Positions 62,901 through 64,000 of a stretch of 64,000 nucleotides of DNA are shown here, in pieces; positions within the stretch are counted from its first letter, which is position 1; each line of letters starts with the position of its first letter. The notes under the pieces are model-generated. The model did no database searches and was not told where the DNA came from. It saw nothing but the letters and a program-made list of their open reading frames with translations. The DNA comes from Hypanus sabinus (Eukaryota). The DNA is taken from contig NC_082710.1 in NCBI RefSeq assembly GCF_030144855.1, positions 149,730,001 through 149,794,000 on the forward strand, written 5' to 3'. Position numbers and translations under genes: made by a program.

Positions 62901-64000
62901 CTGACCTTGATGAAGCACTCTGAGGCACAGTATAAGAGTCCCCTGGGCAACAAAAGCTGATCTTAACTGAAAAACCTTCATATGGTGCTGTGTCTTCAAC
63001 ACTGTTATGTCCTATTTTTTCATTGAAATTTGAATTTATGCAAATTTAAAATTTCAAAGCAGATAAGCTTCAAAGCCAGTTTAGAAGAACTGTCGATACC
63101 CAGTTCCTGGTCTTGTGAACGGCTCCTTTGTCCAGGCCTAGGTGCAAACAAATCAGGAAATTCCCCAACCAACACACACTCCCCCATCCTTCTGCACCAT
63201 CCCACGATTGGGTGTCCGAAGATTGGGTGGATGGGTTTGAACTAGAACTGAAACAGACACAATTGTTCTTCTGAATCTATACTGTATACATATATCAAGG
63301 GAATGGCTGAAGCCTTCTCTTTCTTCTCAGTCCTTTGGGATTGAGGATGACCTAGTTCTGTACCAACTCTATCAGCTCTCAGGTGCCTGATGAGTTGAAT
63401 AGAGGACCCACAGATTTTGCCACAGATGGGGTAGAAGATACTTCCCAGAACAAGTGTCTAATAGTCAGGGAGACAGTGTATTTCTATTGTTGTTAATACT
63501 GGACACCATTTCTCTCCTGGTGAAGAGAATTAAGGACCTCCATTTCATCTGAATGCTCTTTCTTTGCTTTGAAGCAACTGGGGTCAAATTTCTGTAAGTT
63601 GGTGGATTCTATGAGAATGTATTTGAACTATTTCCTGCATCCACCAACTAATATCTTAACATGACTGAACATGGAATGGTGCATCTGTTTCTGCAGTCTG
63701 GTGTCAGGCAATGGAACAATGTGGCTGCCCATTAGAGCTGTGGTCCTGATGTTTTTTGCCCTTCCTGGATGCTTTTCCTGGATTGGAATGATTTTGCACA
63801 GGCTGCATTGGTTCTACATCTCCAGCATGTACACACTATGGTTAGTCAATATTTCAGAAGGCAGCATCTAAAGTAATCAAAGTGATGGGAATTTCTTCAT
63901 AACAACTGAACTGTAGTCAGGCTAGGTAATAAGATATGCAAGTCAACATGACAGATTCCACTAAGCTTGCATTTTTATCCAAATCTTTGAAAATCAGAAT

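Overview
Vertebrate genomic DNA from a cartilaginous fish, probably a ray (inferred from the MHC protein and repeat families). The only host gene I can support is a complete, in-frame MHC class II alpha-chain gene on the + strand. It has an X1-X2-Y promoter at 13801-13844 and coding exons at 13983-14049, 27635-27883, 29281-29562 and 37823-37968 (744 nt, 247 aa). A probable 3'-UTR-only exon lies at 57225-~57375, about 19 kb downstream. The rest is almost entirely transposon-derived: CR1, Rex1/Babar, L1 and Tx1 LINEs, Penelope-like elements (PLEs), V-SINEs, a BEL/Pao LTR element, a Gypsy element and solo LTRs, with a 266-N assembly gap. The most interesting observations are: (1) the alpha1 domain lacks the conserved alphaN62 and alphaG58, has Arg at alpha31 and has an unpaired Cys at alpha73; (2) a Gypsy element is bounded by two inverted LTR 5' ends yet has a perfect 5-bp target-site duplication (TSD); (3) many ~100-140 bp PLE-derived insertions begin at a minimal hammerhead-ribozyme core, one of them as a hairpin. 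I see no wholly new gene system. TE boundaries are by-eye estimates unless a TSD is quoted. Family names come from remembered motifs, not database searches.
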